This document shows positions 26,340 through 39,779 of a stretch of DNA of 64,000 nucleotides, one piece after another. Both the position numbers and the translations under genes were made by a program. This DNA comes from Camelus ferus. Taxonomy: Eukaryota. Within the stretch, counting starts at the first letter, position 1; each line of letters begins with the position of its first letter. Below the pieces are notes generated by a model. The model was not told the DNA's origin and did not search any database. It saw only the letters and a program-made list of their open reading frames with translations. The stretch lies in the NCBI RefSeq assembly GCF_009834535.1, contig NC_045707.1, positions 55,120,001-55,184,000 of the forward strand, given 5' to 3'.

Positions 26340-28659
26340 GTTATATATAGTATAACATGATTAATTTGGTTTAAAAAGAGGGAAGATTTAAATTAATAAT
26401 AAACTTCAAGTTAAAGTAAGCTTAAATTTTTTGCAGATACCAGAAAATTGAAACATTTTTAAGCACATATTTCTTTAATGTTTCAAACTGGTAGCAATTC
26501 AAGTGTTACCCTGCTTAATCCCATATGCTTGCATAATATGTAATACAGTACATAATATGGAATACAATGAAAACTCCCAGGGCCCAAATATTGGTATCTA
26601 ATAGTATTTTTGCTTTAACGAACAAGGCTTCATCTTGTTGTGTTGAATTTTTCTGAGAAACAACCATTACTTTGAAATGCATCAGAAGTTTGTTAAAAGG
26701 AGTCCGTTTGAAGAGGCTGCCTGTGACAATTTAGCTTAATTTGTTTGTGTAAAGATGACAGTTAATTAAAAATAAGTTATCTTGTTCTAAACCACAGATC
26801 TATGAAGATATTCAATTACTATAAAGTTAATGGAAGTCAAATCTTTCTTGTAAGTCAACGGATTTGTGTCTAGTTTTACATAAAGGAGGGAGAATAATTC
26901 AGTTGATAAAGTATTATAAACAAATGAGTTCCACGAATGCAGTGTCATCTCCCAGTCAGTACTTCAAAGAACTGTTGGTCTATGTTTTGTTTTATTTCTC
27001 TGAAAAAAAAAAAATAATAAAGAAAAAAAAAAGCTTTAGGAAGCACAAACAATTTAAGGCTGAATCTATTAACTTGATAATATCACTATCTTAATGTGAG
27101 TGAGGATTTCAAAACCCCACCTCAGGCAGTGCAAGTTTTTCCTACTAGGAAACACTCTATGCTGAAATATTGCCATAGGGGAGGGTGGTTTGACTGAGAT
27201 GAATGAAGAATTGCTCACACTACTGAGCCCTCAAAAGAGAATGCTGGCCCCAAATAGACTAGGATGAGGCGAACCCCGTAACAGGCTGAATTACAAGTTG
27301 TATAACCTGCTAGTTAGAGTAATCCAGTTGTCAAGAAACTGACAGATGTTTACTACTTTACTGGAGCAATACTGTGACACCTTTTAAAATATGTCATTAG
27401 AAACATTTTATAGCCTTTCAAATCTTCTAATCTATGAATTTAAGAGAAATGGAGATAACAAGAATGACTTCTGTTTTGCCCCTTCACTGTCTGACTATTC
27501 TTAGACACTGGGTTTATATGTTGGCCACTTTATTCGGTGCAAGAGCCTAGTACAAACCAGCCCTCAAATATGTCCCAATGTTCCCTGGGTGTCTCATTGT
27601 TTCACACATCAATTTGCTAAGCAGTTTATTATTTTAGGTAATATAACACAATCATGATGAAAGCTAACTCTTAAGAATTTCTTTTTCTTGCTTAATATTA
27701 ATTTCCCACCTTTTTGTTTTCTCTTCATATGAAATCGATTCAATTCCTCAAGTATGTTTTTAAAGTGAAAAATGTTTTGCTTTTTTTTTTAAATGTTGGT
27801 AAAATACACACAACATAAAATTTACCATTTATAGGCCTACAGTTCAGTAGTCTTAAGGACATTCTCGTGTGACCATCCAAATCCATCCTCCTCATTATTT
27901 TCATCTTGAAAAATGACTATACGTGTTAAACAATAACTCCCCATTTGCTCATCTTTTGGAATCCAGCAAAATATTATCTGTTTTTGTGATTTTGACTACA
28001 CTAATTATGTCATATAGGTAAAATCATACAATATCTATCTTTATATGACTGGCTAATTTCATTTAGCATACTGTCCTCAGTATTCAACCATATTGTCACC
28101 TATATCAGAATTCCCTCCCTTTTTAAGACTGCATAATATTTTAATTGTATGTATAAACCATATTTTACTTATCCAGTCACACCTTCCATGAATTTATGAG
28201 TTGCTTCCATATTTTAGCTATTGTGAAAAAATGATGCTATGAATATGTGTATAGAAATGTCTCTTCAATGCTCCATTTTCAATTCTTTTAGATATACACC
28301 CAGAAGTGGGATTGTTGGACCATATGGTAAATTCTATTGTTAAGTTTTTGAGGAACCAGCATGCTGTTTTCTACAGCAGGTCTACCATTTTTCATTTCCA
28401 CAGAAGTGCTCAATGGTTCTAATTTCTCCAAATCCTTGTCAACATTTGTTATGTTCTGTTTTTTGGTACTTTAAGTTAGTATCTAGTTGTAGTTTTGATT
28501 TGTATATCCCTAATGATTAGTGATGTTGTGCATCTTTTTGTATATTATTGGCTATGTGTATATCTTTTTGGAGAAATATCTTTTCAAGCTTTTTATAAAT
28601 TTTTGAGTTATGTTGTTTTCTGTTGTTATTGAGTTTTAGGAACTCTCTATATATTCTGG

Positions 28660-28748
28660 ATATTAATCCTTATTAGATATATGATAAGATACATAATCCC
28701 TATCAAATATATTGATAAAATATATAATCCTTATCAGATATATGATTT
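28660..28748 (+). repeat. Three imperfect ~31-bp tandem copies inside L1
   Basis: taatccttattagatatatgataa / taatccctatcaaatatattgataa / taatccttatcagatatatgat. Confidence 0.75.
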
Positions 28749-28914
28749 GACAATAATTTCTCTATTCTGTGGGTTGCTGTTTTACTCTGTTGATAATGTC
28801 TTTTAATCCAGAAGTTTAAAAAAGTTTTATGAAGTCCAATTTGTCTGTTTTTTTTTTATTTTGTTTTGTTTTTTTACCTATGTCTTTGGTGTCATATTCA
28901 AGAAGTTACTGCCA

Positions 28915-29070
28915 GGGGAGTGTATAGCTCAAATGATAGAGCTGCAAGCTTAGCATGCATGTGGTCGTAGGTTCAATCCCCTGTACTCCTTGTAAAAATA
29001 AATAAATAAACCTAATAACCTTGCCCCCACTAAAGAAAGAAAGAAAAAAAAAAAACTAAAATAACTTAAA
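28915..29070 (+). mobile_element. tRNA-derived SINE, camelid Vic-1 type, with TSD
   Basis: ggggagtgtatagctcaaatgatagagc (A box), cttagcatgc, ggttcaatccc (B box) and an A-rich tail. TSD aagttactgcca (28903-28914) / aagtcactgcca (29071-29082). Confidence 0.92.
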
Positions 29071-30672
29071 AAGTCACTGCCAAATCCAATATCATGAAGA
29101 TTTTGTCTTATGTTGTCTTCTAGACTTTTATTGCTCTAGCTTTTATACTTAGGTCATTGATGCTTTTTGAATTAAGTTTTGTATATGGTGTCAGCTAAGG
29201 CTCCAGAGTCATTACTTTGCATGTGAATATCCAGGTTTTTTGCACAATTTGTTGAAAGGACTGTACTTTCCCTGTTGAATGATCTTGCCAAAAGTCATAT
29301 GACTATATATGTGAGGGTTTATTTCTGGACTGTTTAGTTTATCTCATTAGTCTGTATGTTTGTCTGTGTGCCACTACCATATGATTTTAATTACCATAAC
29401 TTTAAACGAAGTTTTGAAACCAGGAAGTGTCAGTCATTCCATTCGGTTCTTCATTTTCAAGATTGTTTTAGCTCTTTGGGGCCCTTGATACTATATATGA
29501 ATATTTCAGTGGGATTTCTGACTTCTGTGAAAAAAAATGACATTGTGGTTTTTGATAGGGATTGCATTGAATCTGTAGATTGCTTTGGTGTTTTAACAAT
29601 TGAAATTTAATATTGCTATTTCAACAATATTAAGACTTCCAATCTGTGGACATGGGTGTATTTCCATTCATTTATATCTTCTTTCATTTCTTTCAGCAAT
29701 GTTTTGTAGTTTTCAAGTATAAATCTTTCATCCCCATAGTTAATTCCTAGGCATTTTCTTCTTTTTGATGGTATTGTGAATGAATTTTTTTGTAACTTCC
29801 TTTTCAGATTGTTCATGTATAGAAATGCAACTCATTATTGTGTTTTGACTTTGTATCTTGCTACTTTCATGAATTCATTTAGTGGTTCTAACAGTTTTTT
29901 TGTGTGTGTATATGGAATTTTTAGGGTTTTCTACATTTAAGATCATATCATCTGCAAAAAAAAAGAGGTAGTTTTATTTATTCCTTTCCAATTTGAATGT
30001 CTTTTATTTATTTTTCTTGCTTAATTGTTCTGAATGTAACTTTAAGTAGTTGGACAGAAATGATGAAAATGGGCATTTTTGCCTTGTTACTGATCTTAGA
30101 GGGAAAGCTTTTAGTCCTTCACCATTGACTGTGATATGCACTGTGTGTTTTTTGTATACGACTTTTGTTATGTTGAAGTAGTTTTCTTCTATTACTAGTT
30201 TGTTGAATGTTTTTATCATGAAAGGGTGTTGATTTTTTTCAAATGACTTTTCTGCATCAATTGAGATGACCATGTGATTTTTTTCCTTCATTCTGTTTAT
30301 GTGGCATTTTGTGTTCATCAGTTTTCGTATGATGAACTATCCTTGCCCTCCAGGAATAAACCCCACTCTGTTGTGGTGTAAAATTATGTTAATATGCTGT
30401 TGAATTCTATTTGCTAGTATTTTGTTGAGGATTTTTACACCAGTGTTCATAAGGAACACTGGTATCTAGTTTTCTTTCTTTCTTCCTTCCTTTTTTTTTA
30501 TTTTTTTTTTATTTTAGTGTTTTTATCTGGCTTTGGTATCAGAGTAAGGTTAGCCTCATAGAATAAGTTAGGAAGTGTTCCTTCCTTTTCAATTTTTAGA
30601 AATGTTTGAGGAGGATTGGTATTCATTCTTAATGTTTCACAGAATTCACCAGTGAAGCCATCTAGCCCTGGC

Positions 30673-30902
30673 CTTTTTTTTTTTTTTTTTTTTTGTAAGT
30701 TTTTTGTTTTGTTTTGGTTTTGTTTTGGTTTTGTTTTGTTTTGTTTTAATTTCTTTTATATATTTTATTTATTTATTTATTTTTATTGGTGGGGGGAGGT
30801 AGTTAGATTTACTTATTTATTTTTAGAGGAGGTACTGGGGATTGAACCCAGGGCCTTTTGTATGCTAAGCTTGTGCTCTACCACTTGAGCTATTCCCTCC
30901 CC
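30673..30902 (-). mobile_element. tRNA-derived SINE, camelid Vic-1 type, with long A-rich tail
   Basis: Minus strand reads ggggagggaatagctcaagtggtagagcacaagcttagcatacaaaaggccctgggttcaatccccagtacctcc; tail appears as T/TTTTG repeats on +. Confidence 0.92.
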
Positions 30903-30904
30903 AC

Positions 30905-31365
30905 TTTTTGTTGTTCTTTTTTAAATATATTTTTATTGAAGTATAGTCAGTTTACAAGGTTGTATCAATTTCTGGTGTACAGAACAATACTTTAGTCATA
31001 TAGGAACATACATATATTTATTTTCATATTCTCTTTAACCATAAGTTACTACAAGATATTGAATGTAGTTCTCTGTGCTATACAGTATAAACTTGTAGTT
31101 TATCTGTTTTATATGTAGTAGTTAGTATGTACAAATCTCGAACTCCCAATTTATCCCTTCCCACCCCCTTCCCCCCTTGGTAATCATAAATTTGTTTTCT
31201 ATGTCTGTGAGTCCATTTCTGTTTTGTAAATAAGTTTGTCTATTTTTTTTTTTTTTGTAGATTCCACATATTGGTGATATCATATGGTATTTTTCTTTCT
31301 CTTTCTGGCTTTCTTCACTTAGAATGACATTCTTCAGGTCCATCCATGTTGATGCAAATGGCATT
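30905..31365 (-). mobile_element. Young 5'-truncated L1 3' end
   Basis: 'ttttattgaagtatagtcagtttacaa...'. The ORF at 31122-31415 contains MPFASTWMDLKNVILSEESQKEKEKYHMIS, the L1 ORF2 C-terminus. Confidence 0.92.
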
Positions 31366-31487
31366 AGATAACCTAAATGAAATGAACAAATTCCTAGAAA
31401 TACAAAAGCTACCAAGACTAAATCACAAAACAGAAAATATTAATAGACATATAACTAGTAAAGAGTTCAAATGAGTAATCAAAAACA
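31366..31487 (+). mobile_element. Inverted L1 ORF2 segment
   Basis: Translates DNLNEMNKFLEIQKLPRLNHKTENINRHITSKEFK*VIKN, the ORF2 region immediately upstream of KSPGPDGF. Confidence 0.88.
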
Positions 31488-32029
31488 CTTGACCATCATC
31501 TGCCTGTAAAGATGCCAGCTTCCAGTCTAGCAGAAGATACTGATTACTTTCCCCAACCCAAGTGCTACCATTTTACTACTTGGTTCATGATTTCAGTTTT
31601 AGAGATGAGTAGGAGTTGTCAAGCTGCAGTCAAAGAGCACATTTGCTTAAAGTATGTGCAAGAATGTAGTATGAAGTCAGAGGCACTGCAGTATTTTTCC
31701 CATTCCACGGGCTTATATAGCTCCTCTGTCTAAAGCACAAAGGCATAACAGTACCCAGTGTTACCATCTACACTAGTGACACTCCTAAGAGGTTGGAAAT
31801 GCTTGCATTTTTCATTCTATGGATAGTTAGACAGTTATGGCCCTACACCAGACAGTCTAGAAATCAGCTGGCATTATTTTATGTAGTTTTAAATGATCAA
31901 TCTTGCATCTATGAGGAGTTTGGAATGGAGTGGTATAGAGGAGGAATTAAAAAGAGTGTTGTGATTATTCTGTCTATACACACTGTGCGCAAATGGTGAC
32001 CTGACTGGTCTGGAGAACGTAACATCCTA

Positions 32030-32310
32030 TGGTTGATGGTTAGAAACTCTCAGACACTGGAATAGAATTGCCTAAGTTCAGATCTTAGCTATATTCCTTA
32101 TGAGCTATATAATGATGAGCAATATGAGTAAACTCTCTGTGCATCATTTTCATCATCTGTAAATGAAGAAAATAATGCCATTCCATTTGGCTGAATACTA
32201 ATTATTAAATTTAAAATATATATACATATATAATATATATATACACATATATAATATATATAATATATAATATATATAATGATTGAGATAGAAAGCAGTC
32301 AATAAATTTG
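32030..32310 (+). mobile_element. MIR SINE with internal (TA)n-rich expansion
   Basis: 'gcctaagttcagatcttagc...aaactctctgtgcatcattttcatcatctgtaaatgaagaaaataat'; TA tract at ~32216-32280. Confidence 0.75.
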
Positions 32311-33009
32311 TAAATATTTATGAACTTCCAAATATGTGTTTATATGTCTGAGTTTGTGTGTGTGTATGTGTATGTGTGTGGTGGTAGTAGCAGTATAGTA
32401 GTCACAGGAGAAAGAAGTTAATGGATCTTAGATACACTTTAGAATTAAAATTGTCAGGAATTCTTAAAAGATCAAACATATGGCATAAGGAAGAACCCAA
32501 GAATGTCCCCTAGATTTCGAGCTTGTACAACTGATGGTATTATTACTTAAGATGGGAAAGCAAGGAAAAAGGTACAGTGATGGGATCCAACAAGGAGAAG
32601 TAAACAGAAGCCATGTTTGCCTGTCTCCAAAATCCATGCTTTAAGCAAATTCCTATTATCTTTCTTCTCTATTTGCTATGAAAAGAACTCACTCTTCTTT
32701 GTAGTCTCCTTCCATGATAAGCTGTAAGTGCCAAGGAGACAGGAAGTCACTTTGTATAATGCATCCCTACCTCCAGGACACATCAAATAGACATAAAATG
32801 TGAATGAAATGAGTGTTAATTATGCAAACATAGCTTCAAAATAAATTCCCTAGCTCCCTCTTCAATACATGTAGAAGTTCTTTATCATTTCTTAGAAAAT
32901 TTGCATCTAGAATTCTTAAAAGAATAACAGACTCACAGAGAAAATTTACTGGAGTCAGGATAACAAGCCATACAAAGAAATCATTATCTTTAGGATCCAT
33001 CAAGAATTA

Positions 33010-33092
33010 TATCTGGTGAATCATATGAAATTGCCAATATTTCATCCTTTGGAGCCTCAAGAAAATGTGGTCTCATATGGTTTAACCAAATA
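33010..33092. mobile_element. MADE2-like mariner-derived MITE
   Basis: ~83 bp with imperfect terminal inverted repeats 'ggtgaatcatatgaaattgcc' ... 'tctcatatggtttaaccaaata' and TA ends. Confidence 0.75.
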
Positions 33093-34039
33093 GTAAGTCT
33101 GACAGAAGCTCAAGTGATGTTTCTGAGAATTCTAATGGCTATCGTCTTATAAACAAGTCTTTTCTACACCCTGCCATAATATTACTCAACAAATCTCTTT
33201 GACTCTATTTTTTGTATATATTTCATCTGCTGCTCCCCTTACAAACTAAAAAAATCTCAACATATATTTTTATGCGATTTCCCAAAAAAGAGAATTTAAT
33301 TGATGTATCCATATACCATTGCCACTTTGGGGCAGAGACTTGTCACCAGATAAGAAATTTTGTTGAATTTCAAATTATATTAAAATCCATTTAGAGCTGA
33401 TAATTGATATTAGGTATTTCAACTCAATATTCTATAGATATCAAAGACAGATGATTTTTGCATGTTAGTCTAATTACACAGACAATAAGCTTTATATTTA
33501 TTTATAGTATTTTTCCTATAAATAATTTCACATTTTTACTTTTTCCACCATCTATATTCTGTAATAACTATGCTATAATTAATCAATACTTTATTAGTGC
33601 AATACAAACATGGCCTTGATTGCAGAATCAAAATTTACTAAAATATCAGCTGATTTATCAGCGAAATTTTTAGTGGAGATTTATTAGGCAAAACAATATA
33701 TATTTTGCATTGAAATTTAAAGAGATTACATGTGTGTGCATGAATCATTGTGTTCTATCTTTTTATCATTAATATGTTACATTGTAATGTCTACTTTTTA
33801 CTTTCTCTAGGTTAATATTAACTTAAAGGAGTACTTTGTAACTATGTACTTCTGAATTTTCTGAGACTATGTGAATGGAGATGATATGAATGCTGGGAGA
33901 TACTTACTGATTTACCCTTTTATATTGCTCTCCTGTGTGATGTGAGGGCCTGCTCAATATGCTATAATACAATAAAGATCAAAAATGAACCTGCAAGATG
34001 AGTAAGCCCCATTCAATTTAACATGGTGCAGGGAAGTAC

Positions 34040-34230
34040 AAGTTTTTCAAGAATCCTGGGAGCTAGACTGACATCCCTAAGAACCCCAGGAACTCTAAGC
34101 ACCTGTCTCCTAAACTGTGAAAAGGAGATATGGATTCTTTTCACATCTAATTCATAGTGTTGTTGTGGTGACAAAAATGAGATGATGATGAAAGAATACC
34201 ATTAATATGTCATAAAGAAAATATACATGA
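34040..34230 (+). mobile_element. MIR SINE fragment
   Basis: 'aactctaagcacctgtctcctaaactgtgaaaagg...catctaattcatagtgttgttgtg'. Confidence 0.55.
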
Positions 34231-36039
34231 ATATCTATTATGTATAGATGAGGAAAGTTAGATATTAAAAGACTAAATTTCTAAGTAATTATAGACCATC
34301 TTTAAAAAGTCTATGCATTTTTTTCTTTGAAATTTTATGGAGAATGATATAAACTTGAGAACAATCATTAGAGTAATGTCTCCTGCATTTAAAAATTTTT
34401 TTAGCATAAATTATTCCTGTAGCAATTTAGTTCAATTCTCTGATCTTGCTCTGGTGCAAGAAGAGAACAATGGTTCATCTATACCTGTAGCAGATCATTC
34501 ATATCATTGCATAGTACACTATTAGAGCCTTTCATTAGCTGTGTTTTATCCAAGTCATGCAAACATAATTCTTTAAGGTTTACATGTTATCCTGATTTTC
34601 TAGCTGTTTAGTCATCTCTTTTCCTTTCTAGTGTACTGTCTCCAATTTTTTTTTATTTCTATTAAGTTTGAGATACTGAATGCAGAAATACTGTTCAAAT
34701 AACCAGGCCATGGTAATTGTGATATCCTCACATTCTCAGGGTAATATTCATTTTGAATATTTGAGACTCATGCTTGATTTTAACTTTAATTGATATCCGT
34801 TTACTTTTTCAAATAAATTATGGTCATCTACCACAATCCACTCCTCCAAAGTGGGAAAATATATGTAAGCCTCATATTGATGTATTTACATAATATCATT
34901 TTTCTTATATTGCTTTACTATGTAAGAACTTATTATTTTGCCCTCAACTTAGCTTCCTTTTGAGGTTGCAATTATTGGTTAGTGATACTATAAAAGGCCT
35001 CAGGTTTATTATTCACTTATGGTACATAAATAGTATAAAATGTAGGCTGAAATAGAAATGCATTTGTATCAGTGATATTAACTAAACTTTTGATGAAAAA
35101 ATTAACACCATGATTATTGGTTTTAGCAAAACCCAAACATCTTAGTTTGTTTCTAGGGAAGAAAATGGTTAGTGGGGCCTTCGTGTTTATCTTTGAGTCT
35201 TCAGTGGACCTTTCTTCTTTGGCTACAAGGCTATTCACACACATGGTAGTTTGTAGATAGAGTTACGTCTGCAAGCAGTGAATTCTAATATATAACCTAT
35301 TCCATAAGGAAGGCAAACATTCTTTTTTAAGTAATAAAAAACAATAATAAACATACAATATTTAATATATTCGTAATATATTACACAATAATAACCCAAC
35401 AGACAGCCTCAGCCAATTCATATAGACCTGTCTTTCACTTCACAGTTTAAAAGTAGATTTTATGTTTTAGAAAAATAAATTAAGTAACAAACTTTTCAAT
35501 AATACTTCAAAGAGCTTTCACTCCAATAATAAAATTCCTATATAATTATCTAGAAGTGCTTTTATTAGTTCTGTTCTATAAAGTTTAGCAGGATAGTAAA
35601 GATGTCTGAATAAAAGAATTTTTGTTAGAGAATTAAGTGAAATTTTTATAACTAATATGATTATAAAATTTCTACAAGAACCATGATAAGGACAAGTTTC
35701 TAGGAAAAGAAAACGAAACTGCCAAAGCAGGAAACTATATAAAATAGTAAAAATAAGTAACATGTGCTATGGAAATACTTTCATTGTCCTAAGTATTGTT
35801 TCTATGCTGTTGGACCTAATATTTATTTTTAGACTTTTCAGTTTTAAGTAGCACAGTTTAGAAAAAATTAGCACCATCTCCTGTCAGAAAGTTTTAATAA
35901 TATTAAGAGACATCTGTAACCTCAAAGCACAATATATAAGGAAAACTGGTCAAATGCAGTGAATGTTAAGTGAAGGTATGGAAAGTCCGTATGAAGTGAA
36001 AAGGTTGAATTTCACCTGAGCCCTAAGAACAGCAATGGT

Positions 36040-36512
36040 TAATAGATCCCACATACACTTTCTTGTCCTAGAAAATGGCCTACCACAAAGAACCATCTTT
36101 CCCCATGTGATTTACTTAGACTTGCTGTCCACTCTTTTTCATGACCCCTATAAGACTTGCACAAAACACCTTTGTTTACCCATGACAAAGCTAAACACAG
36201 ATCTTTAGCATTTTGCCTGAACATAACAAGCCCAGACACAAACACTGCAATTTCCCATTCTTTGTCTCATGAATGATTAGCTGAACTATTTGTCCCTCTG
36301 AACAAGCTAGACATGGAGATAAATATTTCCTGTTTTTCTGGCTGTAGGATCCCTTGATTGCAAAATCAATCCCATAGGAAATTGTTCCAACTGTAACTTG
36401 TCTATAGCTCTTTTTAAAGAATAAGGCAATGCCATTCTGCCAAGACACTCTCATCTTCGTATCTGGGGTGTTCTCTCTATTGCAATAGCCTGAATAAAAT
36501 CAAGTTTCTTGT
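36040..36512 (+). mobile_element. ERV1-type solo LTR relic (subfamily uncertain)
   Basis: LTR-like organisation ending 'tctctctattgcaatagcctgaataaaatc' (polyA signal); higher C content than the flanks. Confidence 0.6.
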
Positions 36513-36589
36513 TCTGTTTTAGCCATTGAAAGAGCGAACATTTAAAGGTGTATACTGTATAAAAAAAAAAGGCAGAGCCATTTCTCTAC

Positions 36590-36850
36590 CTGGCAGTTAA
36601 GAACATAGACTCTTTAGCCATAACATCTGAACTAGAAATTCCACCTCTAATAATTAAAAACTTTTTGAATTTCAACTTTTACCTAAAATTTTTATCTGAG
36701 TAACCTCAATTTAAAATAAATATCTGTGTATGGCTTAATTCATAGTGTCATTGAGAAAATTAAATGAGTTTCTATTTATCTGTATAAACATATTACTTAG
36801 AACTGTGCAAGTTACATAGTAAGGATTATTAGAAACTTAGATACTATTAA
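36590..36850 (+). mobile_element. MIR SINE
   Basis: 'gttaagaacatagactcttt...ttcatagtgtcattgagaaaattaaatgagtt...cttagaactgtgc...catagtaag'. Confidence 0.7.
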
Positions 36851-37349
36851 TGTTTTTGAAGTTAGCTATTGTTATTATTATTGATTTTAATAATTTTTTT
36901 TTCTCAAGAAAGTTGCTTGAGAGACCTAAGGAAATAAAACTTAAGGAAATAAACTAAACTCAGTTCGGGGAAAAAAAAAAAAAGGAACAAAATTGTGTGT
37001 GCTAGAAGGTGGAGCATCCCTAGATTCAGTTTGGGGTAAATGTGTGAATCTAAATTAGGAATCATTCAGAAAATCAATTTATGTGAGATGTAATTGGTAA
37101 TCAAGATAGACTAGAGGAAAGGTTCTATAATTGTGAGTATGGATCTCAGTTATAAGGACTAGGAGCTAACTTACATATATACACAGTTATAAACATTTTT
37201 AAAAAGTAATTCCTGCTTCCTGAATTCAAAGAAGAATGTGGACCACCTCTGTATGAACCTCATAAGAACAGCTGGTCCAAGAATACTTAATCTGATAAAA
37301 GCATGAGTAATAATTAAGTCAAGACAAATACAGTACTCACTTATGTATC

Positions 37350-38500
37350 TATTTATTCATTCAACCAATATTTCATGCAAATCCATTTTTGCCAGATTTT
37401 CTGACACAACAGTAAAAAAGAGATAATGTGCCTGTTCTCAAGGAATTTTCATTTTACTGAGAGAAATGGATAATAAACAGCAATATTTAGTAATAAACAA
37501 TGAACTTTATAAATGAGTAACTTTTATATTATGGTAGATAATGATTAAGACTGGAAAAGAGAAAAAGTGAAACAAAAGGAAGGGAATCAGAAACGCTGAG
37601 TAGCAGAAATGAGAGATACTCAGAGTATAATATTAAATCGAATTATCTGGGTAATCTTTGAAAAAATGAGATTTAGACAAAGATTTGCAGATTGTGAGGC
37701 AATTGTCTAAATGGATATGTTGGGAAAGAACATACCAGACAGAGGAGAACTGTTGGAGCAAAAACCCTAAAAACAAAAATGTGTCTGATATATTATAGAA
37801 GAATAAGGACACTGGAGTGACTGGAACAGAAAGAGAAATAGCAAGAGCTTGTAAACACAGAAATCTGAGAGAGAATGGAGCCAGGTTATATAGGATCTGG
37901 TAGACTCTGGGGAAGATTTTTTTTTACTCTGAAATAAATAAGATATTACAGGATTTAGAACAGAAGGGTGACATAATCTAACTTATGTTTTAACAGGATT
38001 ACTATTTCTGCTTTTTTTTTTTTAAACATAAAGTGGAATATACTGCAGGGACAATAGAAAAAGGAAAGTCTGTTAAGAAGCTATGAAAGTGAAGGATGAT
38101 GGTGGCCTAGTACAGAGTGGTAACAATTCATTGGTGAGATGTGTTCAGACTCTGGATGCTGAAGTTGAAGACAAGAAAGTTTCTTGATAGATTGAATGTG
38201 CACCATGAGAGAAAGAGGGGAGTACAAGGATAACTCCAAGATGATTGACCTGAGAAACTGGGAGAGTGGAGTTACTACTGATTAAGAATAGATTTGGGAA
38301 GAAAGATCAAGAGTTCAGTCTGGGCATGTTGAGATTTAGATGTTCAGAGGTTATCGAAGATAAGTTTGTGTAAGCATTTTTTTAATTGGAGTTGGACTCT
38401 GGGGAAAGGTCTTTTTATAGAAATATAAATTTTAAAGTGTCATTTAAGTTGTATTTAATAAGTGGAATTGAATGCAATAATCAAGAGTTGTAAAAAGAGC
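37350..38500 (-). mobile_element. L2 fragment (~1.1 kb)
   Basis: 'ttcattcaaccaatattt...tgcctgttctcaagga...gatggtggcctag...gagttcagtctgggcatgttgag'. Confidence 0.85.
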
Positions 38501-39770
38501 AGGTTAAAATGTACAAAATGTCCACACTGAAAACCAAAAAACCAAAAACAAAAACAAAACAGCTAAGATACATTTTCTTAAATCTAAAAAAAAACACATA
38601 TATACATGTTCATGAATTAGAAGACTCAATATTGTTATGATGTTTTAAATATCTCCTCAAATTGAAATATAGACTAAATATAATGCCAATTGAAATTACA
38701 TATTATCTTTAAAGAAATTGATAAGCTGATTCTAACATTAATATATGAGTACAAAGAACGTAAACGAGTCAAACAATCTTGAAAAAGGTAAACAAAGTTA
38801 TAATACTTTCAATACTTGATATCACAACTTACTCTGAAGTCAGAGTATCATCGTGACTATATGATATTGGCATAAAGAGAGACATACTGATCAGTATCAC
38901 AGAACAAGTTCAGAAATAGTCTCACATGGTTAATTGATTTAAAAAAAAAACAAAACATTGCCAAAGCAATTCAATGGAAAACACAAATCTCAGGAAATGT
39001 TGCAGGGACAAAGAACCACATAGATAATCAAACTGAAAAATTACTCAGAGATGAATCATAGTCCTAAAATTAAAATCTTGAGAAAACATGAAAGTATTAT
39101 CATGACTTATGGGTAAAGAAAAATAGTCCACATAAAACAATAACCATAAGAGAAGACATATTGAGTAGTACATCATCAAAAATTAGAAACATGTGCTCAT
39201 CACATGAAAGCAAAAGGAGGTGGATAACCTAACTGCACACTGGGAGAAAATCTTTCAATACATCTATCTGACAAATGACTTTGTTCAAAATATAAAGAAT
39301 TCTTACAACTCAGTAATAGAAAGATAAAATGAACAAAAGACTTACACAGACATTTCAGTAATGATGAAAACACATGCAAAAGTGCTCAAATTAATAATAA
39401 TCAGGGAAATGCCAATCAAAATTATCAAGAAACATCATTTTTATACTCACAAAAGTTACTAAAATTAAAAATGCTAATAACATCAACTGTCGGTGAGGAT
39501 GTGGAGTAACTGATATTTTTACGTATTACTGTGTCAGTATAAAATCATACAAGCATGCTGACAAACTATATGAAAGTTTCTTGTAACATTAATCATACAC
39601 CTAAGTCCCAACAATTCTACTTCTAGGTATTCACCCAGTTATTTATCCAAGAGATAGGAAGTTGAATGTCCATAAAAAGACTTGTACAAAAATGTTCATA
39701 GCAGTTTTATTCATAATAGCTGCAAATGGGAAACAACTCAACTATTAATCATGAGGAGAATAGTTAAAAG
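38500..39770 (+). mobile_element. Old L1M ORF2 3' half and 3' UTR start
   Basis: 'catgttcatgaattagaagactcaatattgtta...gaaattgataagctgattcta...tggtgaggatgtggagtaactg'-like L1 motifs. Confidence 0.88.
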
Positions 39771-39779
39771 AGAAAATTC

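Larger units (their letters stand above)
27779..30690 (-). mobile_element. L1 (L1MA/MB-like) 3' UTR + ORF2 RT region, ~2.9 kb, decayed
   Basis: Starts with poly(T). The ORF at 30004-30318 (KNHMVISIDAEKSFEKNQHPFMIKT...RQKCP) is L1 RT-like. The segment ends at KRPGLDGFTGEF near 30640-30680. Confidence 0.95.

Noticed and set aside
28915..28990. tRNA-Ala-like gene
   Set aside because: It is followed by a SINE tail and poly(A), flanked by a TSD and has degenerate stems, so it is a SINE head.
30004..30318. 104-aa ORF with reverse-transcriptase similarity
   Set aside because: It is a fragment of a decayed L1 ORF2 with degenerate motifs and disrupted flanks, not a functional CDS.
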